A stretch of DNA of 64,000 nucleotides, taken from NCBI GenBank assembly GCA_965261595.1, contig CBDHDG010000007.1, positions 1,152,001 to 1,216,000 on the forward strand. The letters are read 5' to 3'. Made by a program: the position numbers and the translations under genes. This document shows positions 60,627 to 64,000 of this stretch, piece after piece (the stretch's first letter is position 1; the number at the start of each line of letters is the position of its first letter). The notes under the pieces are model-generated. The model saw only the letters and a list, made by a program, of their open reading frames with translations. It made no database searches and was not told where the DNA came from. The DNA comes from a bacterium (GTDB lineage: Bacteria; UBA8248; JACPRG01; G963555815).

Positions 60627-61631
60627 TCAGACCCGCGCCGCGACCTCGAGGGCCCGCAGGCGGTCTTCGGGCGCGCCCTGAAGCGCGAGAACCCCGTAAT
60701 CGAGACCGGCGTCGCCGAACTCGCCCAGGCGCTCCGCGAACTCCGCCTCATCCCCCACGACCGAGTGGGCCCGGACCACGTCGTCGTCGATCATCGCCTC
60801 GGCCCGGTCCCAATCCGCCCGGGACACCGCGTCGGCAAGGGCCTGCCGGTCCAGGGAGGTTCCGGCCAGCTCGCGGTTGCGGTCATGGTGTTCGCCCCGA
60901 AGGATGAACGCCAAGGCCCGGCGGACGGCCGCATAGGCCGCGTTCCGGTCCGATGACAGCGAAGCCACGATGACCGACGCGATGGCTCGTCCTTGCGGAT
61001 TTCTTCCGGCCTTCCCGCCGTCTTCCCTCCCCTCCCCCTCCCCCCCGGTCACAATCCCCTTTCCCCACTTGATGTAAGCCGGAGAGCAGCCGCCTGAGAA
61101 CAGGGCGCCGTCGGCGTGTCTTCCGGCCAGCCGCAGCATGTTCGGCCCGACGGCCGCCAGGTGCAGGGGAACCGGAGAGGCCGGGGGGGGGGGGAAGTCG
61201 AGCCGCCGATCCTCCATCCGGAAGACCTCTCCCTCGTGCGCGAGGGAGTCCCCCGCCAATGCCTTCCGGACGATGGACAGGGCCTCCTTCATGGTCCGGA
61301 GGGGCCGCGCCGGCTCGACGCCGATGGCCCGCAGGTCGTCCGGCTGTCCCGTCCCCAGGACAACGCGGACCCGGCCGGGCGCAAACTCCGCCAGGGTCGC
61401 CAGGGACATGGCGATCATCGCCGGGTTCCGGACGTAGGGACTCACCGCCGTCGGGACGACGGCGATCCTCCGGGTTTCGCCGAGAAAGGCCATGGCCGGT
61501 CCGAAGGCGTCCCGGAAGGGGATGTGCTCGGCGATCCAGACGGAATCGAGGCCGAGATCATCGGCCCGGCGGACGAAATCCATGATTCCCGGCAGCGGGG
61601 AGAAGCCGTCGTACATCACGCCGACGCGCAT
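60627..61631 (-). CDS. LLM-class flavin-dependent oxidoreductase
   Basis: SVWIAEH, RNPA..A...ATL, GPNMLRLAG..ADG. Confidence 0.9.
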   Translation of the reverse strand: MRVGVMYDGFSPLPGIMDFVRRADDLGLDSVWIAEHIPFRDAFGPAMAFLGETRRIAVVPTAVSPYVRNPAMIAMSLATLAEFAPGRVRVVLGTGQPDDLRAIGVEPARPLRTMKEALSIVRKALAGDSLAHEGEVFRMEDRRLDFPPPPASPVPLHLAAVGPNMLRLAGRHADGALFSGGCSPAYIKWGKGIVTGGEGEGREDGGKAGRNPQGRAIASVIVASLSSDRNAAYAAVRRALAFILRGEHHDRNRELAGTSLDRQALADAVSRADWDRAEAMIDDDVVRAHSVVGDEAEFAERLGEFGDAGLDYGVLALQGAPEDRLRALEVAARV

Positions 61632-61756
61632 GGGATATCCTTCCTTCGGGGTCTCCGGGAGCGCCGGGACAAGCGCGTCACCGGCCGGCGGCGATCGACG
61701 GGACGGCGGCGGCGGATGCGTCCGTTATCCGGGTCCGGGGCCCGGCGCTCGATCCG

Positions 61757-62179
61757 TCAGTGCGCCGGATCCGCCCGCGGCTCGTGGTCCTCGCCCGTTT
61801 CGGCCATGCGACGGAACTCATTTTCATGCCCGGGGGGGGAGAAACACCAGGTCAGGCTCAGGGGCTCGTCGCCCGTATTCACGATCCCGTGCCACACCCC
61901 GATGGGGAAATAAACGGACGAGCCGGGCGTGATCTCGTATTCCTCATTCTCGATGACGCATTTGCCTTTGCCCTGCCAGAAGAAAAGGATTTCTTCTTCT
62001 TTGTCGTGCACGTGATAAGGGATCTCGCTGCCTACGTCCACGTCCTGAACGCCGAACGACAGACGCTCGGACCCCACGCCGTCCGGGCTGATGACGATCC
62101 CCCAGCCCCGGGGGGCCGTTCCGCTCATCCGAAGGGGCTCCGCTTCGCCGGGACGGAAAAAGAGCTTCTTCTGATTCAT
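61757..62179 (-). CDS. Cupin domain protein
   Basis: PYHVH..EE....QG.G, PIGVWHGIVNTG. Confidence 0.88.
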   Translation of the reverse strand: MNQKKLFFRPGEAEPLRMSGTAPRGWGIVISPDGVGSERLSFGVQDVDVGSEIPYHVHDKEEEILFFWQGKGKCVIENEEYEITPGSSVYFPIGVWHGIVNTGDEPLSLTWCFSPPGHENEFRRMAETGEDHEPRADPAH

Positions 62180-62442
62180 GGCCGCACGCTCCTCTTGCAG
62201 ATGTTCGAATCCCCCCTTATCAACAGGCCCCTCATTGTAAGTCATCATTGTACGTCATCGGCTTCTTGTCAGGATGAACGGGCCTCGCCTCCCGGCCCGC
62301 CGGGTGAGGGGTTGACGCGGGGGCGCTGATTCGCGGAACAAACAGCCGGAGATGGACCACTAAATAGATGTCCGCTGTTCTCAAATGTGGTACGATTTTT
62401 GAAGTCTTTTTATTTCCTGAAATTCCTGAAGGGGACAGACTC

Positions 62443-63417
62443 ATGGGCCGTTTCGGGACCCGGCGCCGTCGGGCGCTCCGGGTGTTATGTGCGGTTGCGG
62501 TTCTTCTCGTGCCTTCGGCCCTTTTCGGGCAGACGCCGGATTGGGTCAAGAAGGGACGCGAGAAAGATGTCACAAGCTCCGACATCAATTGGTACGACGC
62601 CTATGCTTATCGCGGCGAAGACGAGACCGATACGCAGGTTTGGGAGAAGGCGAAGACCAAGGCGCTGAGAATGGCCGCCGAGAGGACTCAGGTCTTCGTC
62701 GAAAGCAGCACCGATCTGAAAAACGAGCTGGTTAAGAAATCGGAGGTCAAGACCTCGACGGGCCTGATCGGGATGCGCATCCTCAAGCGTAAAGACTGCG
62801 CGTACGACGACCCCAATCGGCCCCGCAGAACCCACTGCCGATATCAGATCGAGGTCTACTTCGTCTCGAAGCCCAAGCGGCGGGTGCAGGACTTGAATGA
62901 CCCCTCCGCCCAACTGACGGTCCGCTTCTCCTCGGACAAGCGGGTCTACCGCAAGGGCGAAGAGATCGTCCTTCGCGTCGTGGCCAACAAGCCGGCGTAC
63001 GTCCGGATCATCACCATCAACCCGAAGGGGCAAGTGATCCAGTTGTTCCCCAACCAGTACCGAAAGGACAATTTCCTCCGGGAGGGGAGAAAGGAATACC
63101 GACTCCCCGACGAACAATATGACCGGTACCGGCTTCAGGTGACCCATCCTCCGTACGGCCGTGAGCGGTTTGTCTTGTACGCGAGCACGGAAAAGCTTCC
63201 CGATATCTCGCTCGACCGTCTCGCCCAAGGCCTCGGGCGCTACGGCGGAACGCGGGGCGAGCTGGACATCAAGACACGGGACGTCGGGGTTGTCCCCGCA
63301 CCCGCCCCCACGGCGCCGCGCCCGGGAGCGGGGGAGGGACCGGGGGGAGAGGGGGGACCGGCCGGCGGACCGGCGGAGTTTTTCGAATCGGAGATCCAAG
63401 TCGAGACGCGCCCTTGA
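62443..63417 (+). CDS. Secreted DUF4384-domain protein
   Basis: Signal peptide; DKRVYRKGEEI, QLFPN, PPYGRE...YAS. Confidence 0.8.
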   Translation: MGRFGTRRRRALRVLCAVAVLLVPSALFGQTPDWVKKGREKDVTSSDINWYDAYAYRGEDETDTQVWEKAKTKALRMAAERTQVFVESSTDLKNELVKKSEVKTSTGLIGMRILKRKDCAYDDPNRPRRTHCRYQIEVYFVSKPKRRVQDLNDPSAQLTVRFSSDKRVYRKGEEIVLRVVANKPAYVRIITINPKGQVIQLFPNQYRKDNFLREGRKEYRLPDEQYDRYRLQVTHPPYGRERFVLYASTEKLPDISLDRLAQGLGRYGGTRGELDIKTRDVGVVPAPAPTAPRPGAGEGPGGEGGPAGGPAEFFESEIQVETRP

Positions 63418-63455
63418 TGATATCCGTGGAATATTTTCGGGCTTGATTTGTTCTT

Positions 63456-64000
63456 CGCGCTGCGTAGTTTTGGGCTTGACGAATAATCCCCCATGCCCTA
63501 TATTATAAGTATCAGATCACAAAGGGGGATACAAAATGGACTTGGTAAAGATTTTCAGACGCTTCCCAGACCACGAATCCTGCATCGAGCATCTTGAGAA
63601 GGTCCGCTTTGGCGATGAGCCATATTGCCCGAATTGCGGAGGGATGCAGGTTGCACGGAAGGCGGACGGACATCGCATAGGCCGGTGGAATTGCCATGAC
63701 TGCAAGTCCTCGTTCAATGTTCTCTCAAAGACCATCTTTCAAAAGACGAAAATCGACCTGCAGATATGGTTTCTGGCCATTGGTTTACTCCTGAATGCCA
63801 AGAAAAGCGTATCTTCGCATCAACTAGGGCGCGATTTAGGAATCAACCATAAGACGGCTTGGTATCTGGCGATGAGAATCCGAAAGGCTATGACCCTTGA
63901 TGGCGGCTTATTGCAGGGAATCATAGAGGCGGATGAGTGTTATATCGGCGGGAAGCCTCGCAAGGGCAACAAGCGCGATGATGACAAGCCGGGCAAGCGC
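63456..64000 (+). mobile_element. Second copy of the 14279 IS1595 element (partial; transposase starts at 63536)
   Basis: Sequence appears identical to 14279-14823 from the left TIR to the window end. Confidence 0.95.

Overview
GC-rich bacterial chromosomal window; taxon cannot be determined from sequence alone. The backbone is housekeeping and catabolic: glycerate kinase-pyk, E1alpha/beta with an aldehyde dehydrogenase, several SDRs and amidohydrolases, a CoA-transferase, recQ, comF, xdhC-yqeC, pyrG-kdsB, and a ~15 kb LPS/surface-polysaccharide cluster. Accessory DNA is interspersed. Main signals: (1) a diversity-generating retroelement (DGR) remnant at ~33.6-36.3 kb, with a secreted caspase-like/PEGA/FGE-sulfatase target gene, a VR-like 3' end, a GC hairpin, avd, and a probable RT gene cut after ~8 codons by an IS3 copy; no template repeat is visible. 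(2) A DsbA-like gene whose in-frame UGA plus SECIS-like hairpin predicts a selenoprotein missed by the ORF track. (3) An IS1595-family element whose terminal inverted repeats (TIRs) enclose a DNA methyltransferase fused to a nuclease-like domain, with a second copy starting at the window end. (4) A RAYT with its REP family. (5) Two further dispersed non-coding repeat families, one with compensatory base changes. (6) Many lesions (nonsense codon, in-frame deletion, chimeric junction, missing target-site duplications, TSDs) indicating genome erosion or assembly collapse at IS copies. All product calls come from motif recognition, not database searches.
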